This document shows, piece by piece, positions 8,759-17,573 of a DNA stretch of 64,000 nt. How positions within the stretch are numbered: position 1 is the first letter of the stretch; the number at the start of each line of letters is the position of its first letter. Where the stretch lies: IMG/VR virus record IMGVR_UViG_3300021185_001461, positions 57,229-121,228 of that record. The stretch is one strand, 5' to 3'. Under the pieces are notes generated by a model. It was not told the origin of the DNA. It searched no databases and worked only from the letters and a program-made list of their open reading frames with translations. This DNA is from a virus. Both the position numbers and the translations under genes were made by a program.

Positions 8759-10906
8759 TTATTGATGTAATCCTGCCGCTAAGTTATATTGATCATTCAT
8801 ATCATTTCTATTTTCTATTAATGCTCTATCTTCATGTACTTTTATTTGTTTTTGAATTGCATCATATTCTAATTGGCTATTCTTCATCATTGCAGAAATC
8901 AAATCAGGTCTACCTGCAGCCATTTTATTACTAATTGTACGCTCTTTCATAAGTTCTGTCAACCTATCTTTTAGTTCAGGTAACGTAAGTTCGGCTATTT
9001 CTGCTAATACTAATTGATTTGAGCCCGAATCTGGCGTTATTGTTTCAGTGGCACTTGCATTTTCTGGTGATACAGATGAATTTTCTGCATCGTCATCATT
9101 TGTTTGATGATATTGTTTAGCCCAGCTATCAAGAAAGCTACGTGACATATCATTTGTATTTTCTTTATACTCGTCTGTGGTATTAATGTCGTTTATTTCA
9201 ACTGATTGTGCAGAATTTTCTGCTGCGTCAATACTGCCTTCATTGGATGTTGTTTCTGGGTTTTCTTGTCTATAGTCTTTAAATAGATCAGCAAAGAAAC
9301 CTGCACCACTGGCTAGCATTTCTGTTGTAAGTTTTAATTTATCAGCTAGGGTCTGCATATCCAGTGTAATAAACTCTTGTGCAGTTAAAAATGCTTTTGA
9401 CATATTATTCATTGCAACTGTTGCCGTGCCTGATTCAGCATAGAGTTCTTTTAGTCTTGCTGATTCTTCTTCCAGTTCTACTCCGTCTAGTCCTGCCATA
9501 TTTTTCATAATTAAAATAATAGTATCTTGAAAGTCTTGAGCTCCGCCTAATAATGTTCCAGTGGCTGCGGATGCGGCCAACTTATCTAAGTCTGCTGATT
9601 TAAGAATATCAAAAATCATAGTAGCTGAAATTTCTCCATTAGATGCTTCTGCTTCTCTAACTGCGTTATTAATATCATCTAGCATATTTGGTGCAATTGC
9701 TTCAATTAGTGCTATTGCGTTTTCATCAATACCTGCCAATACTTGTGTAATATTAAAATTACTCATATCTCCAGAAAACTGAGATGTTGCTCTAGCAAGT
9801 GCTAATTGTATATTGTCTACTAAATTTGAAGGACCAATACCTTGAAACAATGATAATTGTTTAGTTAAATCTCCTACAACGGCAGCTGTATCTTCCATTC
9901 CTCGGTCTTCTAACGTTGATAAACCTGCTGCTAAATTTACATCACTTAATGCAGATAGCATTTTATTCATAGCTTCACTTCTACTTAAGGCTGTTAGGTT
10001 TGCTACTGCGCCTGCTTCCATTACTAGATTTTGAAAACTAGATTCTAACTCTTCGCCACCGTTTGCTAGTTTTCTATCTAATGAACCAGTTAAACGTTGA
10101 ACTTCTATATACCCTGCATATGTGTTTAATAATTCTTTATTTGTTAATCCCAAGTCTCCTAGCTCGTCTACGCTCAGTTCTACTCTCTTAAATAATTTCA
10201 TCATTGTTTGAGAACCTTTTGATACATCTCCGCCTAGGCCTACCATTGTTCCGCCAAAGTTAGCAACTGTTTCTGAAAAGGTTTTATATGTTAGTCCTGA
10301 TTGAAAAGCATCTGTATACAACTCATTAAATGCATCAGCAGTGTCAAAAACAACTGCACCACTGTCTATCATACTTTTTTGTACTTCTGCAAATTGTTCA
10401 AACTTGGCTGCATTCCAACCTGCCCATGCTAAACCAATATCCACTGCAACGTTGGCCATTTGCTTTCCTGTGGTCTTCATAAAGTGTTTAAATGGACCAT
10501 CTAGTTCTGAAGCTGCTGCAGTTAATTTACCATCGGTTCCTTTTAATTTGTTTACTACTGTTTCTGTTACTTTTACTAAGCTGGTTAATGGCTTTTCTGA
10601 ATCACCAAAAAATCCTGCGGTATCTCTTACTGCTTGAGCACCTTTTAATAATAAACTTGTTCTTGCTTTACCTTCTTTTTGATTTACGTCTGCATTGTTT
10701 ATTCCAATTTGTGTATTTGTTTTAACTGCGTCAATTATCTCATCATCTAGATCTTTATTCTTTGTTACTGTGCTCATTAACTTGCCAGTAAGTTTTACAG
10801 CATTAGCTGACTGATTGGCTAATGCTGATAATGTGGATTCACTAGCCCAAGCAGGAATTTCAAGTGTATCTTCACCTACTGGTATATTATATTTTTTATC
10901 TGCCAT
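8759..10906 (-). CDS. tape-measure-like helical protein, paralog A
   Basis: 715 aa, Ala/Leu-rich and helical; near gp26/gp51-like genes; paralogous to the adjacent ORF. Confidence 0.55.
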   Translation of the reverse strand: MADKKYNIPVGEDTLEIPAWASESTLSALANQSANAVKLTGKLMSTVTKNKDLDDEIIDAVKTNTQIGINNADVNQKEGKARTSLLLKGAQAVRDTAGFFGDSEKPLTSLVKVTETVVNKLKGTDGKLTAAASELDGPFKHFMKTTGKQMANVAVDIGLAWAGWNAAKFEQFAEVQKSMIDSGAVVFDTADAFNELYTDAFQSGLTYKTFSETVANFGGTMVGLGGDVSKGSQTMMKLFKRVELSVDELGDLGLTNKELLNTYAGYIEVQRLTGSLDRKLANGGEELESSFQNLVMEAGAVANLTALSRSEAMNKMLSALSDVNLAAGLSTLEDRGMEDTAAVVGDLTKQLSLFQGIGPSNLVDNIQLALARATSQFSGDMSNFNITQVLAGIDENAIALIEAIAPNMLDDINNAVREAEASNGEISATMIFDILKSADLDKLAASAATGTLLGGAQDFQDTIILIMKNMAGLDGVELEEESARLKELYAESGTATVAMNNMSKAFLTAQEFITLDMQTLADKLKLTTEMLASGAGFFADLFKDYRQENPETTSNEGSIDAAENSAQSVEINDINTTDEYKENTNDMSRSFLDSWAKQYHQTNDDDAENSSVSPENASATETITPDSGSNQLVLAEIAELTLPELKDRLTELMKERTISNKMAAGRPDLISAMMKNSQLEYDAIQKQIKVHEDRALIENRNDMNDQYNLAAGLHQ

Positions 10907-12939
10907 TAAAATGCTCCTTCTGTTCGCCAGTTGCTAGTAAATGAATTACTACCGGGTGCTTGTGCTTTATAATCATTATCTTTTTCTTGTAGTCTAATTA
11001 GATACTCCCTCGAGTCCCTTAATCTATCTTCTAACATCAGATACTGTGTTTCTATTGCTGATATTTGATCTTCAGTCATAAACTCTGTCTGTCCTTCAAT
11101 TATTTCGCCTGCATCATTTTTCCAATTTGGATTTTCAAATTTGTCACGTCTAATAAATTCACCGTCTTCATTCTCAAGAAGGTTGCCTTCGTCGTCGATC
11201 TCATAAAGTAGACCTCTGTTGCCTTCGATTTCTGATGCTAAAGTATCTATGTGTTCGTTTACACGAGTTATTGCGTTAGTTATATTATATTCGTTGACTT
11301 CGGCTAATCGCTTTTGGATGTTTTCTTCCTTCATCTCTGCAACGCCTTCTTCCCATCGTTCTTCGTTTCCAAATGCTCTACTAATTGCACTACCAAAATT
11401 CATAACACCATCTGACAGCACACTAAATCCATGTCCCATTGCAGAAAATCCAGGTGTTAATAATTCTTGTGCATTTTGAAATGCAATTGCCATATTATTC
11501 ATTACTTCAATGCTGGCATCTGATTGATCGGCATAATTAGCAAAGAAATCAGTACTTAATGTATCTAAGTCTGCTCTTAAAAATTCCGTACCACCTGCAG
11601 CAGTTTTGGCTGTAGAAATGAGATCATTGTATTTCTGAAGTTGAGGATCGTTTCCTGTTACTACCATCTCTGAATTTTTTAAAAGCCTAAATATTTCTCT
11701 GTACGCTTCAATTGTTTCTTGTTCGTTTTTAAATTGCCCTGTACCTAATTTTTCTACAAAGCTAATTATTTCTGCTGATGCTCCTGGAGTTGATTGTAAA
11801 GTCTTTATCCATTCTTCACTAATATTATTTGCTGCAGAATCGTCATATGAAATATCACCTACAAATCCTGCTATCATTTCTTCCATAAACATTGCAAAGT
11901 CTGATCCCATAAGTGCTTCATTCATTACTCTAACAGTACCCACTGCGTCATTGATATTTGCCTCTGCAGCCTCGCCGTATGTTTCTTTAATATGTTCTGC
12001 ATTTTGTATCATTGCTACTCTTATATCAACATTTTGTCTTGCTTCGTCTCTGAGTCTAAGTGCTTCTTCTCTTTGCATGCCAAATGCATTAGCAGTAAAC
12101 AACGCAACATTGTTTGCTGTTCTATACGATTCAATTACTCGTTTTTTAGTCTTGTCATTCATAGCAGTAATCTCGCCCAACTCATACAACGTTTGTATTT
12201 CTTGTCCAATAAATCTTGTTTGGTCTTGTATACCCATTCCAAAATCTCTAAAAGTTTTATCAGAATCAATTTCTTTTGCAAATTCGGCCATCCTTAATGC
12301 ACCTGCAAAAGCACTACCTTCGGCTTGTGTAATAAATGATTTTGTTTCAGACATTACATCTTCAAAATCTTTTAAGCCCATTCCTAAATCACGAGTTGCA
12401 TATCTTAAATTACTCCAATGATCTATGTCAGAAACTACTGCACCAAATTCAATTAGTTTTCGTGCTTGCTTTTCTTGTTCTGTTAATAATTTTGCGAATG
12501 TTACACCAAGTCCTGTTGCAACTACAAGAGGAGTACCGGCATGCCTAGCTACTCCTTTTACTATTGCGGCAAATTTACCCATACCAAAGCCCATATTAGA
12601 TACACCAATACCTGCATTTGCTAATAATTTAGCTGCTTCGTGAGATATTTCTGCTACTGCATTGGCTGGGTTAGCATCTGCTATAATCCTTGTTAATGCT
12701 CCTTGCCCAATTACCAATGTTTTTAATGTCGCTGTTCCGGCTTTGCTGGCTTTTCTTTTACCTGTCTTAGTTTCGCGAGCCATTTCTTTTATAGCTGCTG
12801 CGTCTTTTTTACTTAAAACGGCCGCAACGGTACCCATATGAATATTTTGTTCTTGCATATTACCATTTACTTTTTGCATTGTATCCTCGGATGCCCAAGG
12901 GTACATGTTATAAATGGCGTTGATTATATCTTGATTCAT
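10906..12939 (-). CDS. tape-measure-like helical protein, paralog B
   Basis: 677 aa; shares WASE.T, GAVV and MNNM..AF..AQE..T motifs with paralog A. Confidence 0.55.
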   Translation of the reverse strand: MNQDIINAIYNMYPWASEDTMQKVNGNMQEQNIHMGTVAAVLSKKDAAAIKEMARETKTGKRKASKAGTATLKTLVIGQGALTRIIADANPANAVAEISHEAAKLLANAGIGVSNMGFGMGKFAAIVKGVARHAGTPLVVATGLGVTFAKLLTEQEKQARKLIEFGAVVSDIDHWSNLRYATRDLGMGLKDFEDVMSETKSFITQAEGSAFAGALRMAEFAKEIDSDKTFRDFGMGIQDQTRFIGQEIQTLYELGEITAMNDKTKKRVIESYRTANNVALFTANAFGMQREEALRLRDEARQNVDIRVAMIQNAEHIKETYGEAAEANINDAVGTVRVMNEALMGSDFAMFMEEMIAGFVGDISYDDSAANNISEEWIKTLQSTPGASAEIISFVEKLGTGQFKNEQETIEAYREIFRLLKNSEMVVTGNDPQLQKYNDLISTAKTAAGGTEFLRADLDTLSTDFFANYADQSDASIEVMNNMAIAFQNAQELLTPGFSAMGHGFSVLSDGVMNFGSAISRAFGNEERWEEGVAEMKEENIQKRLAEVNEYNITNAITRVNEHIDTLASEIEGNRGLLYEIDDEGNLLENEDGEFIRRDKFENPNWKNDAGEIIEGQTEFMTEDQISAIETQYLMLEDRLRDSREYLIRLQEKDNDYKAQAPGSNSFTSNWRTEGAF

Positions 12940-12969
12940 GCTATTCCTATTATATGGTATTTTAATTCA

Positions 12970-13003
12970 GATAAATACTATTGTACATATACTACTATTT
13001 ATG
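12970..13003. promoter_or_regulatory. pair of oppositely oriented late promoters
   Basis: GATAAATA on plus (12970-12977) and CATAAATA on minus (12996-13003), between the divergent tape-measure-like and gp26-like genes. Confidence 0.6.
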
Positions 13004-13041
13004 GAAATCATAATGTAAGTATATAATTGGAGACGTAAAAT

Positions 13042-13872
13042 ATGACAAACCCATTAATTCAAGCATATAGAAAACCTGCTTTGTACATTCCATTACCAAG
13101 TAAAGGTGAGTTTTATAAAACAAAACCTAAACTTAGTATAGATGGCGAGCTGGCAATATATGCCATGACAGCAAGGGATGAGCTTATAACTAAAACACCA
13201 GATGCTCTGTTTAACGGAGAAGCTACAATAAGTGTGATTAAAAGTTGTTGCCCTGACATTGATGAACCAAAAACAATGCCAGTAAGCGATCTACTTGTAA
13301 TCTTAGTAGGGATTAGACAAGCAAGCTATGGTAAAAATATTGACATGGATGTTAAATGTCCAAAATGTGATTTTGATAATCAACTATCACTGGACGCAAA
13401 CATTATGTTAGCAAAGGCTAAACCAAACCCAGTCGAAAGAAGTGTTACATTGCCTAGTGAATTTAAAATTGTATGTAATCCATACACGCTAGAAGATAGA
13501 ACTATGCTCCAGATTCAACAAATTAAACAAAATAAAATGATACAAGGATTAGCAAGTGATAAACTTGATGATACTATGCGTCAAGAATTGTTTGGAAAAA
13601 CATTTGTTGAAATTGCAGAACTTACAGTCAGTTTAATTACTAACAGTATTGTAAGTGTTCAGGGTAAAGAAACAGATTTAATCGAAGACAAAGAAATGAT
13701 TCGCGAGTGGTTACAAAGTATCACTAAGTCAGATTATGAAGCAATTAGAACTAAGGTAGAACAATTAAGTGAAAGCGGATTAGAAACCGAATTTACTGCT
13801 AACTGCCAAAGTTGTAGTCATAGTTGGAAAACTGGTGTAGACTTGGACATCGCAAATTTTTTCGGGGGCTGA
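13042..13872 (+). CDS. gp26: baseplate hub / tail assembly chaperone (gp26-like)
   Basis: N-terminal NPL...R.P..YI.LPS.G, CxxC pairs (CPKC, CQSC) and C-terminal NFF. Confidence 0.8.
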   Translation: MTNPLIQAYRKPALYIPLPSKGEFYKTKPKLSIDGELAIYAMTARDELITKTPDALFNGEATISVIKSCCPDIDEPKTMPVSDLLVILVGIRQASYGKNIDMDVKCPKCDFDNQLSLDANIMLAKAKPNPVERSVTLPSEFKIVCNPYTLEDRTMLQIQQIKQNKMIQGLASDKLDDTMRQELFGKTFVEIAELTVSLITNSIVSVQGKETDLIEDKEMIREWLQSITKSDYEAIRTKVEQLSESGLETEFTANCQSCSHSWKTGVDLDIANFFGG

Positions 13873-13889
13873 TAGCTTCTCGTCAGCCC
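13854..13889 (+). promoter_or_regulatory. predicted -1 programmed ribosomal frameshift signal
   Basis: Slippery A-AAT-TTT (overlapping T-TTT-TTC), 5-nt spacer, then the 8-bp stem GGGCTGAT/GTCAGCCC. Confidence 0.7.
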
Positions 13890-14096
13890 GAAGAAATCGT
13901 AGCATTAATAGAACGTTATAACAACAACCTAAAAGCTATAGAAGGAAGTTACCTTGACATAGTAATTCGTAGTGACGGTGCAGTCAGTTATCAAGACATT
14001 ATGACTATGCCTGTTGATGCTATTAAGTTGTTAGTGGAACGTATGAATGCTAGGGTTGAGGATCTTAACAAAGCCAGAAAAGGCAGTAGACGTTAA
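13857..14096 (+). CDS. gp51: gp51-like ORF, probably translated as a -1 frameshift extension of the gp26-like protein
   Basis: Motif G.VSYQDIMTMP; -1 frame relative to gp26; no ATG with RBS near its 5' end. Confidence 0.6.
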   Translation, partial: FFRGLIASRQPEEIVALIERYNNNLKAIEGSYLDIVIRSDGAVSYQDIMTMPVDAIKLLVERMNARVEDLNKARKGSRR

Positions 14097-14536
14097 TGAC
14101 CCATTATTAGTTTGTAATACTCTTCGGGCCAACTATTATAATATTTAGTATTATCGTGTAAGTGTTTACGCTTTTCTAACAGATCATCTGCACGTTGAAT
14201 AAAAACACAATCAGTAAAATTCTTAACAAAATGACCACTTTGTCTTGTACTAGTAAAGTATAATAAATGTGGATTCTTTTTTCTATACTCCTCGCAAATT
14301 TTTTCTATAGGAGTAATATCATCAATATCACCTAACCAAACAATTCCCATTTGGAATGTTTTGTAATCAAAGTTATCCATTACTGTGATATCTGTTCTGC
14401 CATCGAGAAATTGTAATGCTCTTTTAATTCTGGCACTTTTTGCATATGGACATACAGGATATCCATCATCTTTTAGGGGTTCAACTTGCTGTTCAGCAAA
14501 CTGTAAAAATTTAGTCTGAAATTCGTCCAACGTCAT
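14093..14536 (-). CDS. hypothetical protein with PVCPYA motif (DUF1415-like)
   Basis: 147 aa; GYPVCPYAK motif. Confidence 0.55.
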   Translation of the reverse strand: MTLDEFQTKFLQFAEQQVEPLKDDGYPVCPYAKSARIKRALQFLDGRTDITVMDNFDYKTFQMGIVWLGDIDDITPIEKICEEYRKKNPHLLYFTSTRQSGHFVKNFTDCVFIQRADDLLEKRKHLHDNTKYYNSWPEEYYKLIMGH

Positions 14537-14699
14537 AATATGGTTTATTTGCTTTCATGTAATTGATGTCTACGACATCATCAGTTTCACAAAGCTAACG
14601 CTTTGTTCACTGTTTATGCTTACGCTTCTTAATGTTAGTTAATTGTAATTTAAAGTAAACATTATGTCTTACTGCTATTTATGTGATTGTAAGATGGTT

Positions 14700-15177
14700 A
14701 CTTGGCAAGATATTTTATTCACACTTAGCCTACTACGGGCCAAGTGTAAAATGAGTTCTTGGCATAGAACAGCACCCACAACACCATAGTAAACCTAGTT
14801 TAACACCTAGGAAGGGCGGTTATGCTGTACCCTTATTACATACTGCTTTATTAACGCAGAAACATCCGGAGCCATGGTATCGACTTTTGGACTATCCTCA
14901 AGTTACGAGCGTTCGTAGAGCTTGATCATTTTGATTTGTCAAATCAGTGTATTGACATTTGTAGGCACACCAGTATCTAGTCACGTGAATGCGTAACCTC
15001 AAGGTGAGTCGACCATCGCCGACCAAACGGAGCCTTGTTGCCTTTATTAGTTTTTGTTAGCCTGAGTGTGTTTTAAACTTGCCGGTAATTGCTTGACTTT
15101 ATGTCGATGTGAGTTTTTATATTAGTAATTATCTGATGCTTTAATTATTTGCTTCAAATAAAGTTAAAACGCTAATT
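14700..15177 (-). ncRNA. candidate large structured ncRNA downstream of the GIY-YIG nuclease
   Basis: Lies in a 670-bp ORF-free gap; long-range stems, hairpins and a pseudoknot; dedicated sigma70 promoter. Confidence 0.65.
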
Positions 15178-15183
15178 CTTGTT

Positions 15184-15212
15184 ATAATAACAAAAAAGTT
15201 ATACGTTGTCAA
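15184..15212 (-). promoter_or_regulatory. sigma70-type promoter overlapping the GIY-YIG stop codon
   Basis: TTGACA-17nt-TATTAT on minus, firing into the non-coding gap. Confidence 0.75.
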
Positions 15213-15661
15213 CCTTTTTTCAAATGTTCTGTAAGAATTTTTGAACTTCCTACTCTTACATTTATTATTCCGTTGTAGTACTCATCTGTTTCAAGTACTC
15301 TACGGTCAAATTGTTCTTTTGCTTCCATATAACTTAGTACACCTCTGCTAGGACAATAATGTAATATTTCTCTAGTAAAGTTTTCTGCACCAAATGTTAG
15401 TACATCTGCATTTAAATGATCTGAAGAACCCCAATAGTCTCTCCAGTCACTTTCTTTTGTGCCACGTCTTTTGTTTTTCTTTCCTTTAAGAGGTGGCTTT
15501 GTAGTTTTAAATTTTGCTAGTTTCTTACCAATATACTTTTTATTATTAGTAAGATTTGTAATTAGATAAACAAATCCTTCGCAGTCAGCAGGAAGCTCGT
15601 TTACAACTTCTTTGTTGTAAGTCCACGGGCATTTATCACTGCTCTTCTTTGATCCACTCAT
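15209..15661 (-). CDS. stand-alone GIY-YIG endonuclease (Seg-like catalytic domain only)
   Basis: GFVYLITN...KKYIGKK, YWGSS, conserved Glu helix and YYN; 150 aa with no C-terminal DNA-binding repeats. Confidence 0.85.
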   Translation of the reverse strand: MSGSKKSSDKCPWTYNKEVVNELPADCEGFVYLITNLTNNKKYIGKKLAKFKTTKPPLKGKKNKRRGTKESDWRDYWGSSDHLNADVLTFGAENFTREILHYCPSRGVLSYMEAKEQFDRRVLETDEYYNGIINVRVGSSKILTEHLKKG

Positions 15662-15803
15662 GTACTGCTTTCCTAATTAACTCTATTGTATCTATACCTA
15701 ACTCTTGTTCGTTTATTGTTTCTGGTGCATGCAATAATACAATACTTGCATCTACTATTTCTAGTTCGGGTTGAAATTCTTCTTTGGCTATATGGTTATG
15801 CAT
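15636..15803 (-). CDS. small acidic hypothetical protein (55 aa)
   Basis: Manual translation: MHNHIAKEEFQPELEIVDASIVLLHAPETINEQELGIDTIELIRKAVHEWIKEEQ*; start overlaps the gp46 stop. Confidence 0.6.
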   Translation of the reverse strand: MHNHIAKEEFQPELEIVDASIVLLHAPETINEQELGIDTIELIRKAVHEWIKEEQ

Positions 15804-17571
15804 CAATAACTTCTATTTCGGTATTAAATGTAGTGAAGCCATTTTCTTTAGTGACTTGCAACACACTTTGTACACGACCTACAAGTTCATCACGGTGTGA
15901 AATAAGTAAAATATTCTTTTCTCTGTCACGTTCCATTTTCTTTAATACGCCCAATGCACTTTCAACACCAATTGTGTCCATACCACTATCAACTAATTCA
16001 TCTATACAAACAAAGTTAATAGGATGATTCATACTTTCAAATACATCACGAAAACTCCAACTTAGTCCAAGTATTAATCTATTACGTTCACCTCTTGACA
16101 AGTTATCAAAATCTAAGTCTTGTCCAAGTTGTGTAATTGTTACAGTTAAGTCACTTTGGAATTGTACTTCGTGTGGTAAGCCCAAACGTGTAATATAGTA
16201 TTCTAATCTTTGATTTAAGAACTGTAAGTTTTGCTCAATAATCTTTTTACGAATAAAACTATCTTTGTTTGTAAGTAGTTTCAATAAAAAGTCTTGATGC
16301 TCTCTTAGTTCTTCTAATCTATTTACTTCTGCCCAATTTACTTCTTGTAGGCCAGTTTCTTTTAGACTGTCAATTTGTTCTATGTATGGATTAGTTTCTT
16401 CTTTAGCATTGCTTAACGCAGTTTGTAACTTATCCATTTTGCTTTGATGTTTGTATGCTTCTTGTAATGTGTTATACTCTGTGCGTGGTGCAGTACCTAA
16501 CTCTCCTAAGTCTGCAATTGCAGTATTGTATTCTGTAATCAATTGATTATCATCGTCAATGTGTTTTTGACTTTCATCTACAAGTTCTGTTTTTTGTATT
16601 ACAATTTTATCGTGTTGTTCGTCGTGTATTTCTTGTCCACACGCATAACATTTGTGTTCTAATGTTGAATCTAGATCAGTTTGTGCTTTAGTTAAACGCT
16701 TGCTCTCACGCTCAACACTACTTGTTAGCCTGGCAATTTCAGCAGTTAATGTATCTATTTGATTCTTTTTTTCGTTAAATTTTGTAAATTCTTCGTGTGC
16801 TTGTATTTCAACATCAATGTCAATGTGTTCTAGTGCAGCCAGTTCGCTAGTGCTTTCTTGTATGCGTTCTTGTAATTGTGTAGTCCAAGTTTTTTGTCTA
16901 CGCTCTAAATCTTTAATGCTATTGCCAATACGTTCGTTAGCATCTTCTATGCCTTTGATTCTAAATGTTTCTTCTGTAATTCTGTCTTTAGTACCTTTAA
17001 GTAATTCTTTTAGTATGTCTGCCTTCTCACTAAGTTTAGTAATACCCAACAACTGCTCAATCATTTCACGCTGATCATTTGCTCGCATACTTAAAAATGG
17101 ATCAGTGTAAGTGTTTAATGCAACAATATGTTTAAACATTGTATGACTCATACCAAGTAGTTGTTCAATTACATGTTGACTTTGTCTACCTTCGCCTTGC
17201 ATCTCATCTGTTATGCCTTCGTTGTTGTCTACATCGTTGATTAGATATTTAAATATATTAGGTTTACGTCCACGCTCAATTCTATATGGTGTACCATTTA
17301 CTTCAAAGTCAACAGTAACCATCATATTTTTATTATTAGTTTTGTTAACTAGATTATCTTTTTTAATATTATAAAGTGCGGCACCATATAATGCATAACT
17401 GAGTGCGTTAACAATAGTAGTTTTACCTGTACCATTACGTGAGCCATCGCCACCCAAGTCCAAGTTGTTACCCAACACAAGTGTTAAGCCTGCGTTGTCA
17501 AAGTGAACTGCCTGTGTGACATTGCCCACACTCATAAAATTCTTTACGGTGATATTTTTAATTGTTAGCAT
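15796..17571 (-). CDS. gp46: recombination endonuclease ATPase subunit (gp46/Rad50/SbcC-like)
   Basis: Walker A NGTGKTT, zinc hook CYAC, signature LSRGE, Walker B IDELVD, ISH. Confidence 0.95.
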   Translation of the reverse strand: MLTIKNITVKNFMSVGNVTQAVHFDNAGLTLVLGNNLDLGGDGSRNGTGKTTIVNALSYALYGAALYNIKKDNLVNKTNNKNMMVTVDFEVNGTPYRIERGRKPNIFKYLINDVDNNEGITDEMQGEGRQSQHVIEQLLGMSHTMFKHIVALNTYTDPFLSMRANDQREMIEQLLGITKLSEKADILKELLKGTKDRITEETFRIKGIEDANERIGNSIKDLERRQKTWTTQLQERIQESTSELAALEHIDIDVEIQAHEEFTKFNEKKNQIDTLTAEIARLTSSVERESKRLTKAQTDLDSTLEHKCYACGQEIHDEQHDKIVIQKTELVDESQKHIDDDNQLITEYNTAIADLGELGTAPRTEYNTLQEAYKHQSKMDKLQTALSNAKEETNPYIEQIDSLKETGLQEVNWAEVNRLEELREHQDFLLKLLTNKDSFIRKKIIEQNLQFLNQRLEYYITRLGLPHEVQFQSDLTVTITQLGQDLDFDNLSRGERNRLILGLSWSFRDVFESMNHPINFVCIDELVDSGMDTIGVESALGVLKKMERDREKNILLISHRDELVGRVQSVLQVTKENGFTTFNTEIEVIDA

Positions 17572-17573
17572 GT

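Noticed and set aside
3630-12643. Plus-strand ORFs antisense to the head and tape-measure genes, and similar shadow ORFs elsewhere
   Set aside because: They are reverse-complement shadows of real genes, Ser/Leu-rich, with no RBS.
14870-15010. Group I intron hosting the GIY-YIG gene
   Set aside because: Only a P7-like pair is visible. I could not build P3/P4/P6, no flanking gene is interrupted, and the RNA has its own promoter.
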